Notes: generated by a model from the letters alone, not told the origin. A DNA stretch of 64,000 nt from an uncultured Anaerolineales bacterium (GCA_964513075.1 CAZELR010000007.1:22208-86207), one strand, 5' to 3'. Counted from the stretch's first letter, positions 36,734 to 46,844 are shown. Program-made: numbers and translations.

Positions 36734-37702
36734 ATGCAGGAAACGCTCTCTCGTAATCTGGGCCTCGACCTGGTCAGGGTCACCGAAGCCGCAGCCCTGG
36801 CGGCTGGGCGCTGGATGGGGTTCGGCGATCCCGATGCAGCCGATCACGCCGCGACCGAGGCGATGGTCGCGGCGTTCGCTGGGGTCGATATCGATGGTCA
36901 TATCGTGATCGGCGAGGAAACCAAGCTGGGCGTCCACTCGCCGCTCGACACCGGCAACCGGGTGGGCAGCCGCAACGGCCCGGAGCTGGATGTGGTGGTC
37001 GATGCCATAGACGGGGCGCGCATCCTGGCCAAGTCGCACCCCGGCGCGATGAGCGTGATCGGCGCCGCGGCGCGCGGCTCGATGTTGTCGCTCTATCCGG
37101 CGGCCTATATGGATAAGATCATCGTTGGCCGTGATGCTGCCGCCGCGTTGGTGCCGGAGTGCATGGACGCTCCGGCCGCCTGGATTTTGGCGCTGGTTGC
37201 CCGCGTGAAAAAGAAGAGTGTGCGCGACCTGGTGGTGTTCGTGCTCGATCGCCCGCGGCATCAACACCTGATCGAGGAAATTCGCACCGCGGGCGCGCGC
37301 ATCTTGCTGCGCTCCGAAGGCGACGTCTCCGGCGCGTTGGCCGCTGCGGCTTCTCCTATGGTGGATATTCTGATGGGCAGCGGCGGCGTGCCCGAGGGCC
37401 TCATCGCGGCGTGCGCCGCCAAAGCGGTGGGCGGGGCGATGTTGGCTCGCCTGGCGCCGCAGAGCGCCGAGGAACGCGCAGCAGTGGCCGCAGCCGGACT
37501 GGATACCAAGAGAGTCTACACCTGCGAGGATCTGGTTGCCGGCAGCCAGGTCCTTTTTGTCGCCACCGGGATCACCGACGGCGTGCTGCTCTCGGGTGTC
37601 ACCTACCAGGGCAACGAAGGCCACACTGAGTCCCTCGTGCTGCGCTGCGCGACGGGGAGCCGGAGAGTGATCCAGGCGGTGCATACCATCGATGGAGCAT
37701 AA
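36734..37702 (+). CDS. glpX: Fructose-1,6-bisphosphatase class II
   Basis: 322 aa; GlpX motifs (VVVDAIDGARILAKSHPGAMSVIG...; GGVPEG). Confidence 0.85.
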   Translation: MQETLSRNLGLDLVRVTEAAALAAGRWMGFGDPDAADHAATEAMVAAFAGVDIDGHIVIGEETKLGVHSPLDTGNRVGSRNGPELDVVVDAIDGARILAKSHPGAMSVIGAAARGSMLSLYPAAYMDKIIVGRDAAAALVPECMDAPAAWILALVARVKKKSVRDLVVFVLDRPRHQHLIEEIRTAGARILLRSEGDVSGALAAAASPMVDILMGSGGVPEGLIAACAAKAVGGAMLARLAPQSAEERAAVAAAGLDTKRVYTCEDLVAGSQVLFVATGITDGVLLSGVTYQGNEGHTESLVLRCATGSRRVIQAVHTIDGA

Positions 37703-37795
37703 AAGGCGTATTCCAGCTTCCTCAGTCTTGACCTCTACTCTCTGTTGTGATAGAATTAGTTGCGTATACATCGAATCAATTGCACGGAGGGAAGC

Positions 37796-38416
37796 ATGGA
37801 GACCGAGACACAAACCGAGGAGCTGTTGGAGTTCTTTAAGGCGTTGGCTGATCCCAACCGCCTGAAGATCATCGGGGTGCTGGCGCAGCAGCCGAGCACG
37901 GTCGAGCAGTTGGCCGCGATGCTGGGGCTGCAGCCCTCGACGACCTCGCGCCATCTGTCATACCTGGTGCACGTCGGCCTGGCCAGTGCGCGCCCCGAGG
38001 GGTACTACAACATCTATCGCTTCGAAGCCGCCGCGTTGGAGGGATTGGCGAAGCGCCTGTTGGCGCGCGAGACGCTGCCCGCGATCGCCGCGAACGTCGA
38101 CTTGGACGCATTCGATCGCAAGGTGCTGCGCGATTTCACGGGTCCGGATGGCCGCTTGAAGCAGTTGCCGGCGCAGCAGAAGAAGTTCATCGCCGTGCTG
38201 CGCCACGCGGTCACGCTGTTCGAGTTCGACACGGAATACAATGAGAAGCAGGTCAACGAGATCCTGGTGCGTCTGCACGACGACACCGCCATGCTGCGCC
38301 GCGGGCTGATCGACGTCAAGTTGATGGCGCGCGACCACGGCATCTACTGGCGGTTGCCTGACGTATCCAACTCACCGGCATTGGATCTTCACGCTGAGAG
38401 GAGGCCAGCTTCTTAG
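37796..38416 (+). CDS. ArsR-family HTH transcriptional regulator with C-terminal DUF2087-like domain
   Basis: Start METETQ (37796); ADPNRLKIIGVLAQQPSTVEQLAAMLGLQPSTTSRHL is a canonical ArsR wHTH. Confidence 0.65.
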   Translation: METETQTEELLEFFKALADPNRLKIIGVLAQQPSTVEQLAAMLGLQPSTTSRHLSYLVHVGLASARPEGYYNIYRFEAAALEGLAKRLLARETLPAIAANVDLDAFDRKVLRDFTGPDGRLKQLPAQQKKFIAVLRHAVTLFEFDTEYNEKQVNEILVRLHDDTAMLRRGLIDVKLMARDHGIYWRLPDVSNSPALDLHAERRPAS

Positions 38417-38488
38417 TTGCCACCGTTGTACAAGTGTGGTACGATCTTGGGTGTGCTTTATCTGCGCTAAACATTCATAGGAGGGCGC

Positions 38489-40411
38489 ATGAATGACAGA
38501 GAAAAGCAGACGCCCCCGGCCCTGCTCTTTAGGATCCTGGATGCAGCAGCCGACGCGATCATTGCCATCGACGAGGATCAGGCGATTCTCATCTTTAGCC
38601 CTGCTGCCGAGCGCATGTTTGGCTACGGTGCCGATGAGGTGCTTGGCCGGTCGCTCGCGCTTCTTCTGCCCTTCGGCACAGCCGCCGCACACCTGCGCAG
38701 CATCCGCCACTTTGCAGCGGCCGAGGATGCCGGACGCCCGATGTCCAGCCGCGTGCCGGCCCGGGGCCGCCGCAAGGACGGCACTGAGTTCCCCATCGAG
38801 ACCAGCATCGCCTCTCTCGTCCATGAAGGCCGGACCCTCTTTGTGGCGATCGCACGCGATATTACCCAGCGGCGCCACGCCGAAGCAGCGCTCGCTGAGA
38901 GCGAGGAGCGTTACCGTTCGCTTTTCGAGAACAGCATCGACGGCATTCTGCTGACCGCGCCCAACGGCGATATTCTGGCCGCAAACCCCGAGGCCTGCCG
39001 CTTGTTGGGGCGGACTGAGGAAGAGATCTGCCAGGCCGGCAGGGCAGGCATCGTGGACCTGGAAGATTCCCGGCTGCCGGCGCTGCTGGACGCGCGGGAG
39101 CAGGCAGGCAGACACCGTGGCGAGCTCACGCTGGTGCGGGGTGATGGCGCCCGGTTTCCGGCAGAGATGGCCTCGGGACTGTTCAAAGACCGCGATGGCA
39201 ACCTCAGGACCAGCATGGTCTTTCGCGATATCACCGAGCGTGTTCGAACCCGCCAGCTGTTGGAGCAGCGGGTCGCGGAGCGCACCCGCGAGCTTGCCGC
39301 GCTGCTGGAAGTGGGCCGGGAAGTTGCGTCAACCCTGACGCTTGAGCCCTTGCTTGACACGGTCCTGACCAGCCTTGAGACTGTGATAGGCTACACAGGC
39401 GCCGGCGTCGCGATCCTCAGAGACGGTGAACTGGAAGTGGCCGACTATCGGGGCCCGGTCCCCTGCCACAAAATCGTTGGCGTCCGCATCGCCCTGGAGC
39501 GCGATACCGGCTATCAACGCGTCGCGCGTACACGAGCGCCCGTGATGATCGATGATTTGGGAGACGAGATCCCGTGGCTGCAGACCGCGTGGGAGGGCTG
39601 GGACAAGGAATGGGTCGAGTCCGTACGTAGCTGGCTTGGCGTGCCGTTGATCGCGAAGGGGGAGTTGGCCGGCATGCTCTGGCTCGATCACGTCGAGCCG
39701 GGCCACTTCACCGAACACCACGCGCAGCAGGCACTAGCCTTTGCCAACCAGGCTGCGGTCGCCATCGAGAATGCCCGGCTCTACGAGCAGGCGCAGCGGG
39801 CCGCGACGATGGAGGAGCGGCAGCGGCTGTCGCGTGAGTTGCACGACTCGATCTCACAAGCGCTCTACGGCATCGTGCTGGGCGCGCGCACCGCGACCAG
39901 GCTGCTCGAACACGATCTGCCAGCAGCGGCCGAGCCACTGCAGTACGTGCTGAACCTTGCCGAGACCGCCCTGGCCGAGATGCGCGCCATGATCTTCGAG
40001 CTGCGGCCTGACTCCCTGAAGACAGACGGACTGATCCCGGCGCTTTCGAGGCAGATGGACCTGATCAGCGCCCGGCATGGATTGGTGATGAGTGCCGAAC
40101 TGGGCGAGGAGCCCGCGCTGCCCCTGCCGGCCAAAGAGGCGCTCTATCGCATAGCGCAGCAGGCGCTGCACAACACTGCCAGCCACGCGCAGGCCCGCTG
40201 CGTTTCCGTACGCCTGGCCGCGGAGCCGGAGGGCGTAACGCTTGAGATCAGCGATGACGGCTGCGGATTCGATCCCACTGCGTTGCATCCGGGCCACATG
40301 GGGCTGCAATCGATGCAGGAACGCGCGGAAAGCGTGCAAGGCGCCTGCCTGATCGAGAGCAGTCCTGGTCAAGGCACCACCGTCAGGGTACATATCCCGA
40401 CGAAAGGCTGA
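38489..40411 (+). CDS. Sensor histidine kinase (2xPAS-GAF-HisKA_3-HATPase; NarL-type partner)
   Basis: 640 aa; PAS motifs, GAF, H-box ERQRLSRELHDSISQAL, C-terminal GxGxG ATPase. Confidence 0.85.
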   Translation: MNDREKQTPPALLFRILDAAADAIIAIDEDQAILIFSPAAERMFGYGADEVLGRSLALLLPFGTAAAHLRSIRHFAAAEDAGRPMSSRVPARGRRKDGTEFPIETSIASLVHEGRTLFVAIARDITQRRHAEAALAESEERYRSLFENSIDGILLTAPNGDILAANPEACRLLGRTEEEICQAGRAGIVDLEDSRLPALLDAREQAGRHRGELTLVRGDGARFPAEMASGLFKDRDGNLRTSMVFRDITERVRTRQLLEQRVAERTRELAALLEVGREVASTLTLEPLLDTVLTSLETVIGYTGAGVAILRDGELEVADYRGPVPCHKIVGVRIALERDTGYQRVARTRAPVMIDDLGDEIPWLQTAWEGWDKEWVESVRSWLGVPLIAKGELAGMLWLDHVEPGHFTEHHAQQALAFANQAAVAIENARLYEQAQRAATMEERQRLSRELHDSISQALYGIVLGARTATRLLEHDLPAAAEPLQYVLNLAETALAEMRAMIFELRPDSLKTDGLIPALSRQMDLISARHGLVMSAELGEEPALPLPAKEALYRIAQQALHNTASHAQARCVSVRLAAEPEGVTLEISDDGCGFDPTALHPGHMGLQSMQERAESVQGACLIESSPGQGTTVRVHIPTKG

Positions 40412-40417
40412 TAAAGC

Positions 40418-41050
40418 ATGGTCACACGCATCCTCCTTGTCGATGATCACAGTATCGTGCGCCGGGGTCTTCGCATGTTCCTCAGCCTGGAGCCTGATTT
40501 TGAAATCGTGGGCGAGGCCGCTGACGGCGCGCAGGCGGTGGAGTTGGCCCGACAATTGAAGCCCGATGTCATTTTGATGGACCTGTTGATGCCGGTGATG
40601 GACGGCATCGAAGCGACGGCCGCCATCCGGCGCGAGCTTCCTGACATCGAGATCATCGCGCTCACGAGCGTGCTGGAGGATGCATCCGTCATCGGCGCTG
40701 TGCGCGCCGGCGCTATCGGGTATCTCCTGAAGGATGCAGAGGCTGAGGATCTGTGTCGCGCCATCCGGGCCGCGGCAGCGGGGCAAGTTCAGTTGGCGCC
40801 CGAGGCGGTCGAACGTCTGATGCGTGAAGTGCGGGCGCCGGAGAACCCCGAGGCGCTGACGGAGCGGGAAACCGACGTGCTGCGGCTTGTGGCGCAGGGG
40901 CTGGCGAACAAAGAAATCGCCCGCGCACTGGATATCGGTGAAAAGACCGTCAAGAGCCACGTCAGCAATATCCTGGCCAAGCTCGGTGTACCCAGCCGGA
41001 CGCAAGCTGCGCTGTACGCTGCTCGCATCGGGTTGATCAGCCTGAAGTGA
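40418..41050 (+). CDS. Response regulator, NarL/FixJ (LuxR-HTH) family
   Basis: 210 aa; REC domain (LLVDDH...D...K) plus a GerE HTH ([23 protein letters not shown]...). Confidence 0.9.
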   Translation: MVTRILLVDDHSIVRRGLRMFLSLEPDFEIVGEAADGAQAVELARQLKPDVILMDLLMPVMDGIEATAAIRRELPDIEIIALTSVLEDASVIGAVRAGAIGYLLKDAEAEDLCRAIRAAAAGQVQLAPEAVERLMREVRAPENPEALTERETDVLRLVAQGLANKEIARALDIGEKTVKSHVSNILAKLGVPSRTQAALYAARIGLISLK

Positions 41051-41286
41051 TCCGACGGCCGCGTGATCCAGGGTCATCCGATCTGGAATCGTCTCCGGAC
41101 CGCTCCCAACCTGCGACCCCGATAGACAATCTCCTCCCTTTGGCGGATATCGTCTCCGTCCAAGGTCCCCCTCCAGGTTCCTCCCAGCGCACGTAGCACG
41201 GCGTCGCTTTTGAGCGCATACTGGCTTCAGTTTGATCGACATGCGGACGGCATGAAACCAGGTTGCGTTGAAAGGGAGATGAGGGA

Positions 41287-41892
41287 ATGGAGACCAAACG
41301 AGGTTCGAACAGCGGAGCGCGCTGGATCCAGCGCGGCGTGATCGCCATCGCAGTCGTGGCCCTGTTGGCGGGGGCGGCTTATATGTGGGGCAACCGCTTG
41401 AGCGCTGACACACTACCAGCGAGCAGCCAGAGAGCGGCGGAAGCTTCGGCTTCGAGTTACGGCAGTTTGCGCGGGATGTCGGCCGTGCGGGCGCTCGATG
41501 CCGCAGCCGCATTGTCAGCCAATGCCTCGGCCTCCCGGTGGGCTGGGCTGGGCGCGCAGTATCAGAAACTGAACGCAGCGAACCTGCAACGCGGGCTCGC
41601 GGCCTCGGCGGCGCGCTGGACGGCGCTGGGCGCGCAGCATGAGAAACTGGAAGCAGCGAATCTGCAACGCGGGCTCGCGGCCTCGGCGGCGCGCTGGACG
41701 GCGCTGGGTGAGCATTATCAGAAACTGGAAGCTGCGCAGCCCGCCATGGGTGTGCCACTCGAATTAGGGCAGCAATACCTCCACGAGGGAGCATCAGTCA
41801 ACATGGCGGCCCTCAAGGCCGTTGCGCCGGGCCTCTCGACCGTTGCGCCGGCCAGCGGAGAGGCCGCACGAATGGTAATCGGGTTGCCGTGA
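41287..41892 (+). CDS. Membrane-anchored hypothetical protein with 3x26-aa tandem repeats
   Basis: N-terminal TM; repeats RWxxLGxQ(Y/H)(Q/E)KLxAANLQRGLAASAA encoded by ~2.9 copies of a 78-bp DNA repeat (41527-41753). Confidence 0.5.
   Translation: METKRGSNSGARWIQRGVIAIAVVALLAGAAYMWGNRLSADTLPASSQRAAEASASSYGSLRGMSAVRALDAAAALSANASASRWAGLGAQYQKLNAANLQRGLAASAARWTALGAQHEKLEAANLQRGLAASAARWTALGEHYQKLEAAQPAMGVPLELGQQYLHEGASVNMAALKAVAPGLSTVAPASGEAARMVIGLP
41527..41753 (+). repeat. 78-bp tandem repeat (~2.9 copies) inside the CDS
   Basis: Direct visual alignment of three consecutive 78-nt units with few substitutions. Confidence 0.7.
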
Positions 41893-41994
41893 CCGGCATA
41901 GCCGCTACGCTGCGTCTTCAAATGCACACTCTGCCCGGGTCCCCAAGAACGGGCAGAGTGTGCTCATTTTCATTTTCGGATCAGGCGTCCACCA

Positions 41995-44499
41995 TCACCG
42001 CAACACCGCATCCACCTGCACCTCAGCCTGGCCGGCAGGCGGTAACGGCACGATGTCGCCCGCCACCGGACGGCCGTCCACGGTCAGACTGACAGCGTTG
42101 CCGGGGCCGCGGCGCTCCACCGTAATGCGATACGTGACCCCGCGGAAGACGCGTGTGGCGCTGAAGCCGGGCCACTCCGCCGGGATGACCGGCGCGACGC
42201 GCAGGCCCTGGTGTTCCGGCCGGATGCCCAGGATCCACTGGGTGATAGCGACGTAGTTCCACGCGGCCGTGCCGCTCAGCCACGAGTTCTTGGCCTCGCC
42301 GTGGGTCGGCGCATCCCGCCCTGCGATCATCTGGGCATAGACATAAGGTTCGCAGCGGTGCACCTCACTGATCGCCTCGCGCTTGGATGGATTGATCCGC
42401 AGATAGTAGTCCAGCGCTCGGTCGCCGCGACCCAGCTTCGCCTCCGCGGCCATGATCCACGGATTGGTGTGGCAGAAGACCCCGGCGTTTTCTTTGTAGC
42501 CGGGGGGATAACTGGAGATCTCGCCCAGGTTCAGGTAGTAATGCGAGTATGCCGGCTGCTGCAGCACGATGCCGTGAGGCGTTGCCAGCCGCTCGGCCAC
42601 TGCATCCAACGCCTGCCGCGCCCGTCCATCGGCGACCCCGATCCCCGCCAGCACGCACATCCCCTGCGGCTCGATGAAAATCTGTCCCTCGGTGCACTGC
42701 GCAGACCCTACCGGCTCTCCGAACGCATCGTACGCGCGGCGGAACCACGCGCCATCCCAACCATGCGCATCCACTACCGCTGTCATCTGCGCCGCGAGCG
42801 ACCGGTAAAAGGTTGAAGGTTCAAGATTGAAAGATAGTGGTCCTGCACCTTCAACTTTAGGCCTTGAACCCTCAATCGTCTCACCAATTCCTGCCATCTC
42901 CTGCGCAGCGAGCACGAACAAGCCCGCGATAAACACCGATTCGGCCACCGTGCCTTCCCGGTTGGTCGTGGTTTGAAACGACTCGCCGGGGGTCTCAGAG
43001 AAGCAATTGAGATTCAGGCAATCGTTCCAGTCGGCGCGGCCGATGAGGGGTAAGCCGTGCGGCCCCAGGCGATCCAGCGTATATTGGATGCATCGTTCGA
43101 GGTGTTCATAGAGCGGCGTCTCGGTGCCGGGCTGATTGTCATAAGGCACAGGCTCGGCCAGGATGCCCAGGTCTCCCGTCTCCTTCAGATAGGCTGCCAC
43201 GGCCAGGATGAGCCAGAGCGGGTCGTCGTTGAAGTTGGAGCCCACCGCATCGTTTCCGCGCTTGGTGAGCGGCTGGTATTGGTGATACGCGCCGCCGGTG
43301 GGCAGTTGGGTCGCGGCCAGGTCCAGGATGCGTTCGCGCGCTCGGGCAGGAATCATGTGCACGAAGCCCAACAGGTCCTGGTTGGAGTCGCGGAAGCCCA
43401 TGCCGCGGCCGATGCCCGATTCGAAGTACGATGCTGACCGCGACATGTTGAACGTGATCATGCACTGGTACGCGTTCCAGATATTTACCATGCGGTTGGT
43501 GTGGGGGTCGGGCGTATCTGCCTGGTACTTATTGAGCAGCGCCTCCCAATAGCCGCGCAACTCGTCTAGGGCCGCGGCCACAGCATCGGGGTCCAGGAAC
43601 CTGCGCAAGATCGGCAGCACACCCTGCTTGTTGAGGGTCTGCGAACCCGGCGGGTCGAACTTGGCGTCGCGCTGGTTCTCGTGATAGCCCAACACGAACA
43701 CGATGGTGCGGCTGGCGCCCGGCGCCAGGGTCAGCCGGACATGGTGCGAGCCGATGGGCGCCCAGCCATGCGCGATGGAATTAGCGGATGTCCCGCGTTC
43801 CACTGCCAGCGGCTCGTGCCAGCCCCGGTAGGGACCCAGGAACGCCTCGCGCTGCGTGTCGAACCCGGCCAGTGGCTCGGAACAGGCGAAGTAAGCGAAA
43901 TGGTCCCGCCGCTCTCGGTATTCAGTCTTGTGATAGATGACCCCGTCGACGACCTCGACCTGGCCGGTGGAGAAGTTGCGCTGGAAATTGGTCGCGTCGT
44001 CCCACGCCTCCCACAGGCAAAACTCCACCGCCGAAAAGATGCTGAGTTCGGCAGCGGTCTCTCGCGTGTTGGTCACGGTCAGCCGCCACACCTCCAGGTT
44101 ACAGCCCAGCGGCACGAAATAGGTCGTTTCCGCGCGGATGCCGGCATGAGATGAGCCGATGACGGTGTAGCCCAGGCCATGGCGGCATTTATACTCGTCC
44201 AATGGCGTGCGGGTGGGTTGCCACGAAGGCGACCAGTAGGGGCGGGCCTCGCACCCGCCCGCGTCATCATCCTCCCGGATGTAAATGTAACGTCCGCCGG
44301 AGTCGAGAGGGACGTTGTTGTAGCGATAGCGGGTGATGCGGCGCAGCCGCGCGTCGCGATAGAACGAATAGCCGCCGGCCGTGTTGGAGATCAGGCCGAA
44401 GTAGGCCTGGTCGCCCAGGTAGTTGATCCAGGGCAGTGGGGTATCGGGGCGGGTGATCACATACTCGCGACGACCGTCATCGAAGTGTCCGTAACGCAT
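41995..44499 (-). CDS. GH94 glycoside phosphorylase (cellobiose/cellodextrin/chitobiose phosphorylase)
   Basis: 834 aa; full-length GH94 (GT36) architecture, N-terminal MRYGHFDDGRREYVIT..PDTPLPWINYL. Confidence 0.9.
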   Translation of the reverse strand: MRYGHFDDGRREYVITRPDTPLPWINYLGDQAYFGLISNTAGGYSFYRDARLRRITRYRYNNVPLDSGGRYIYIREDDDAGGCEARPYWSPSWQPTRTPLDEYKCRHGLGYTVIGSSHAGIRAETTYFVPLGCNLEVWRLTVTNTRETAAELSIFSAVEFCLWEAWDDATNFQRNFSTGQVEVVDGVIYHKTEYRERRDHFAYFACSEPLAGFDTQREAFLGPYRGWHEPLAVERGTSANSIAHGWAPIGSHHVRLTLAPGASRTIVFVLGYHENQRDAKFDPPGSQTLNKQGVLPILRRFLDPDAVAAALDELRGYWEALLNKYQADTPDPHTNRMVNIWNAYQCMITFNMSRSASYFESGIGRGMGFRDSNQDLLGFVHMIPARARERILDLAATQLPTGGAYHQYQPLTKRGNDAVGSNFNDDPLWLILAVAAYLKETGDLGILAEPVPYDNQPGTETPLYEHLERCIQYTLDRLGPHGLPLIGRADWNDCLNLNCFSETPGESFQTTTNREGTVAESVFIAGLFVLAAQEMAGIGETIEGSRPKVEGAGPLSFNLEPSTFYRSLAAQMTAVVDAHGWDGAWFRRAYDAFGEPVGSAQCTEGQIFIEPQGMCVLAGIGVADGRARQALDAVAERLATPHGIVLQQPAYSHYYLNLGEISSYPPGYKENAGVFCHTNPWIMAAEAKLGRGDRALDYYLRINPSKREAISEVHRCEPYVYAQMIAGRDAPTHGEAKNSWLSGTAAWNYVAITQWILGIRPEHQGLRVAPVIPAEWPGFSATRVFRGVTYRITVERRGPGNAVSLTVDGRPVAGDIVPLPPAGQAEVQVDAVLR

Positions 44500-44510
44500 G
44501 GTTGCCTTCC

Positions 44511-45497
44511 TTAGTGATTTTCTGCAAGGAGTCTCTGGATGGAGGTCACGAGCGCCGGGCGCAATGCTGCCGTCGCCAGGCCCTTCTGCTGCATCCCCAG
44601 CAGCACGGCGCCCGCCACCGGCGGCGCTGTCAGGCGCACCAGGCAGGCGCCCGGCGCCTCAGCCTGGATCGTTTCGCGCATGGGCGCGATCAGCCGCTCG
44701 CCGCCGTTGTAGACGCTGCCCACCAACACCACTTCGAACGTCTCTCCGGCCAGGTCGAGCTGGCGGATGACGCCCAGGGCCATCTCTCCCAGTTCGCAGC
44801 CGATCCAGCGGATGATCCCCGCCGCCACGACATCGCCCGCCTCTGCAGCCTGAAAGACGAGCGGCGCCGCGTCAGCGCCCACGTACAGGGCGCCCTGGCT
44901 GAGCCCTTCCAACAGCGCCCCGGCCGTTGTGGCGCCCGTGCGCCTCAGCAGCGTCTCGGTCAGCGCAGTTTCAGGGCCGCGGCGCGACCAGGCCTTCGCG
45001 ACCGCACGCACCGCGGCGGCCACGATGTCTCCCGCGCCGCCGTATTCGGCAAAAGCCTCACCACAACCGGTCAGTTGGGCAATGCGCCTTTGCCGGTCGA
45101 GCCCCAGGCAGTTGCTGCCGGTGCCCGCCACGACCGCCACGCCCCAGCCTGCCTCAGCGCCCACCAGCAGTCCGATGAGCGTGTCGTTCGCTGCCTCCAC
45201 TGCCGCGTCCAGGCCCAACGTGGCGATGGCCGCCAGGGTGTCGGCGCGCTCGGAGGGCCAGTCGTACCCGGCCACACCGAAGCCGGCGCCGGCGATTTGT
45301 TGCCGCCGGATGCCGGCTGACGCCAGCGCCGCGGTCGTAATTTGCTCGAGCACGGCAATCAGGCCCGGATAGCCGACGACCTCGTGGTTGCCGGGCCCGG
45401 CCTGGCCGAATCCAACGGCGCGGCCCGCGGCATCCGCGATCAGTGCGTGGCTCTTTGTAGCGCCGATGTCCACACCGAGGAAGTATTGCCCGGTCAC
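44511..45497 (-). CDS. BadF/BadG/BcrA/BcrD-type ATPase, probable N-acetylglucosamine kinase
   Basis: LGVDIGATKSH...ASKHD fold; likely GTG start at 45497 (GGGGGA SD); the ORF-track start at 45590 overlaps the GH4 stop and is probably an over-extension. Confidence 0.65.
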   Translation of the reverse strand: MTGQYFLGVDIGATKSHALIADAAGRAVGFGQAGPGNHEVVGYPGLIAVLEQITTAALASAGIRRQQIAGAGFGVAGYDWPSERADTLAAIATLGLDAAVEAANDTLIGLLVGAEAGWGVAVVAGTGSNCLGLDRQRRIAQLTGCGEAFAEYGGAGDIVAAAVRAVAKAWSRRGPETALTETLLRRTGATTAGALLEGLSQGALYVGADAAPLVFQAAEAGDVVAAGIIRWIGCELGEMALGVIRQLDLAGETFEVVLVGSVYNGGERLIAPMRETIQAEAPGACLVRLTAPPVAGAVLLGMQQKGLATAALRPALVTSIQRLLAENH

Positions 45498-45507
45498 GGC
45501 GTCCCCC

Positions 45508-46797
45508 TTATCCGAATTGCGGCAGATACCGCCGGTTCGTTTCCAACATGTCATCCAGGACGGTTTGTACCTGCCCGGCTGGCGGCCCAAGCGGGTGCAC
45601 CAGCAGCGCCTGGTACGCGGCGTCGCGATCGCCGAGCACCGCCGCTTCGACCGTCAGCAGTTCGTACGCCTTGACGGCGGCCAGCAGCCCAAAGCAGGCA
45701 GGCGGTAGCGGCGCCGTAGGCAACGGCTCGAACCCGGCGCGCGACACTCGTGCGGGCATCTCCAGCACCCAATCGGCGGGCCAGCCGGGCGCCGCGCCGC
45801 GGTGGGGGATGTTGACGACATGTTTTTCATGCAAATCGTTGTAGTGCGCGTTGAGCAGTTGCGTCGCTAACGTGGAATAGTACGCACCCCCGCGCTTCAT
45901 CAAGTCAGCAGGCGGCTCTGCGCGGTCCGGCTCGGCGTACTGCCGGAGTAGATCTGCCTCGATCGCCATAACCTGCTCGGCGCGGGAGGGCGGCCACTGC
46001 TCCTGCTCCGCCAGCTTGCGGGCGGTGGTGTAGAAATAGGCCAGATAGTAGTTCGGGATCATCCCCAGCACTTCGACCAGCCGGGGGTCGAACGGCGGGT
46101 GCGGGTCGGCGCGGAGCTCAGCCAGGGTGGCGGCGAAGATCTCCGGCCAGAAGTCCTCCCCTTCGTAGGTGAACCCGCGGTGCCACGAGAGGTGGTTGAG
46201 GCCCAGGGTGTCCAGGTCCGCCCGGTTCGGGTCGAGTTTGTGTCCGGTGCGGCGCTCCAACACCTCGACCATGCCCATCTTTGTGGTGATCGGCGCGTTG
46301 CACACGCCCACTGCGGACACCTGCGGCATGGTGCGGCTCAGGGCCTCTGTAACCAGCCCGGATGGGTTGGTGAAGTTGATCAGGGGCGCGGCAGGCGCCA
46401 GCTCAAACATGTCGTGCGCGATGTCCAGGATCACCGGGATGGTGCGCAGCGCCTTGGCCATCCCGCCGACACCGGTGGTCTCCTGGCCGATCAGGCCGTG
46501 TCGTTTGCCCAGGTATTCGTCGTTGCGCCGCGCTTCCATGCCCCCCACGCGCAACTGCGTGGTGACATAACTGGCGCCGTGCACCGCCTCCCGCTGGTTC
46601 GTGGTCAGCACGATCCGGAATGGGTTGCCGCGCGCGGCGACGATGCGCTGTGCAAAGCCGCCCACCACGTCCAGCCGCGCCTGGTCGATGTCAGCCAGCC
46701 AGAGCTCCGTCAGGGGGAAGCTCTCGATCCGCTCCAGGAAGCCCATGATCAATTCCGGGGTATAGCTGGAGCCGCCGCCGAAGACTGTGACTTTCAT
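45508..46797 (-). CDS. GH4 family NAD+/Mn2+-dependent glycosidase (6-phospho-beta-glucosidase type)
   Basis: MKVTVFGGGSSYTPELI... Rossmann N-terminus typical of GH4; ATG at 46797 with an AGAGGT SD. Confidence 0.8.
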   Translation of the reverse strand: MKVTVFGGGSSYTPELIMGFLERIESFPLTELWLADIDQARLDVVGGFAQRIVAARGNPFRIVLTTNQREAVHGASYVTTQLRVGGMEARRNDEYLGKRHGLIGQETTGVGGMAKALRTIPVILDIAHDMFELAPAAPLINFTNPSGLVTEALSRTMPQVSAVGVCNAPITTKMGMVEVLERRTGHKLDPNRADLDTLGLNHLSWHRGFTYEGEDFWPEIFAATLAELRADPHPPFDPRLVEVLGMIPNYYLAYFYTTARKLAEQEQWPPSRAEQVMAIEADLLRQYAEPDRAEPPADLMKRGGAYYSTLATQLLNAHYNDLHEKHVVNIPHRGAAPGWPADWVLEMPARVSRAGFEPLPTAPLPPACFGLLAAVKAYELLTVEAAVLGDRDAAYQALLVHPLGPPAGQVQTVLDDMLETNRRYLPQFG

Positions 46798-46844
46798 GCC
46801 CAAATACCTCTTTTCGAAATCCGCCCTATCTGCGCATCACAGAA

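Noticed and set aside
35472-37954. Long minus-strand ORFs (393 aa and 441 aa) opposite sulP and glpX/arsR
   Set aside because: The plus-strand genes have clear SulP/STAS/rhodanese and GlpX signatures; the antisense ORFs have no domain features and extreme Arg content.
41290-41310. tRNA-like GGTTCGAAC motif
   Set aside because: It lies inside a CDS with no cloverleaf context; no tRNA, rRNA or tmRNA signatures were found anywhere in the window.
39854-41794. 646-aa minus-strand ORF spanning the kinase 3' end, response regulator and repeat protein
   Set aside because: It overlaps an unambiguous REC-HTH response regulator and the HATPase domain on the other strand; this is a compositional artefact.
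45498-45590. Longer start (45590 or 45554) for the GlcNAc-kinase-like gene
   Set aside because: It would overlap the GH4 stop codon region by ~80 nt and add a Trp/Cys/Arg-rich extension atypical for BadF-family N-termini; the GTG at 45497 with a GGGGGA SD is preferred, but this remains uncertain.
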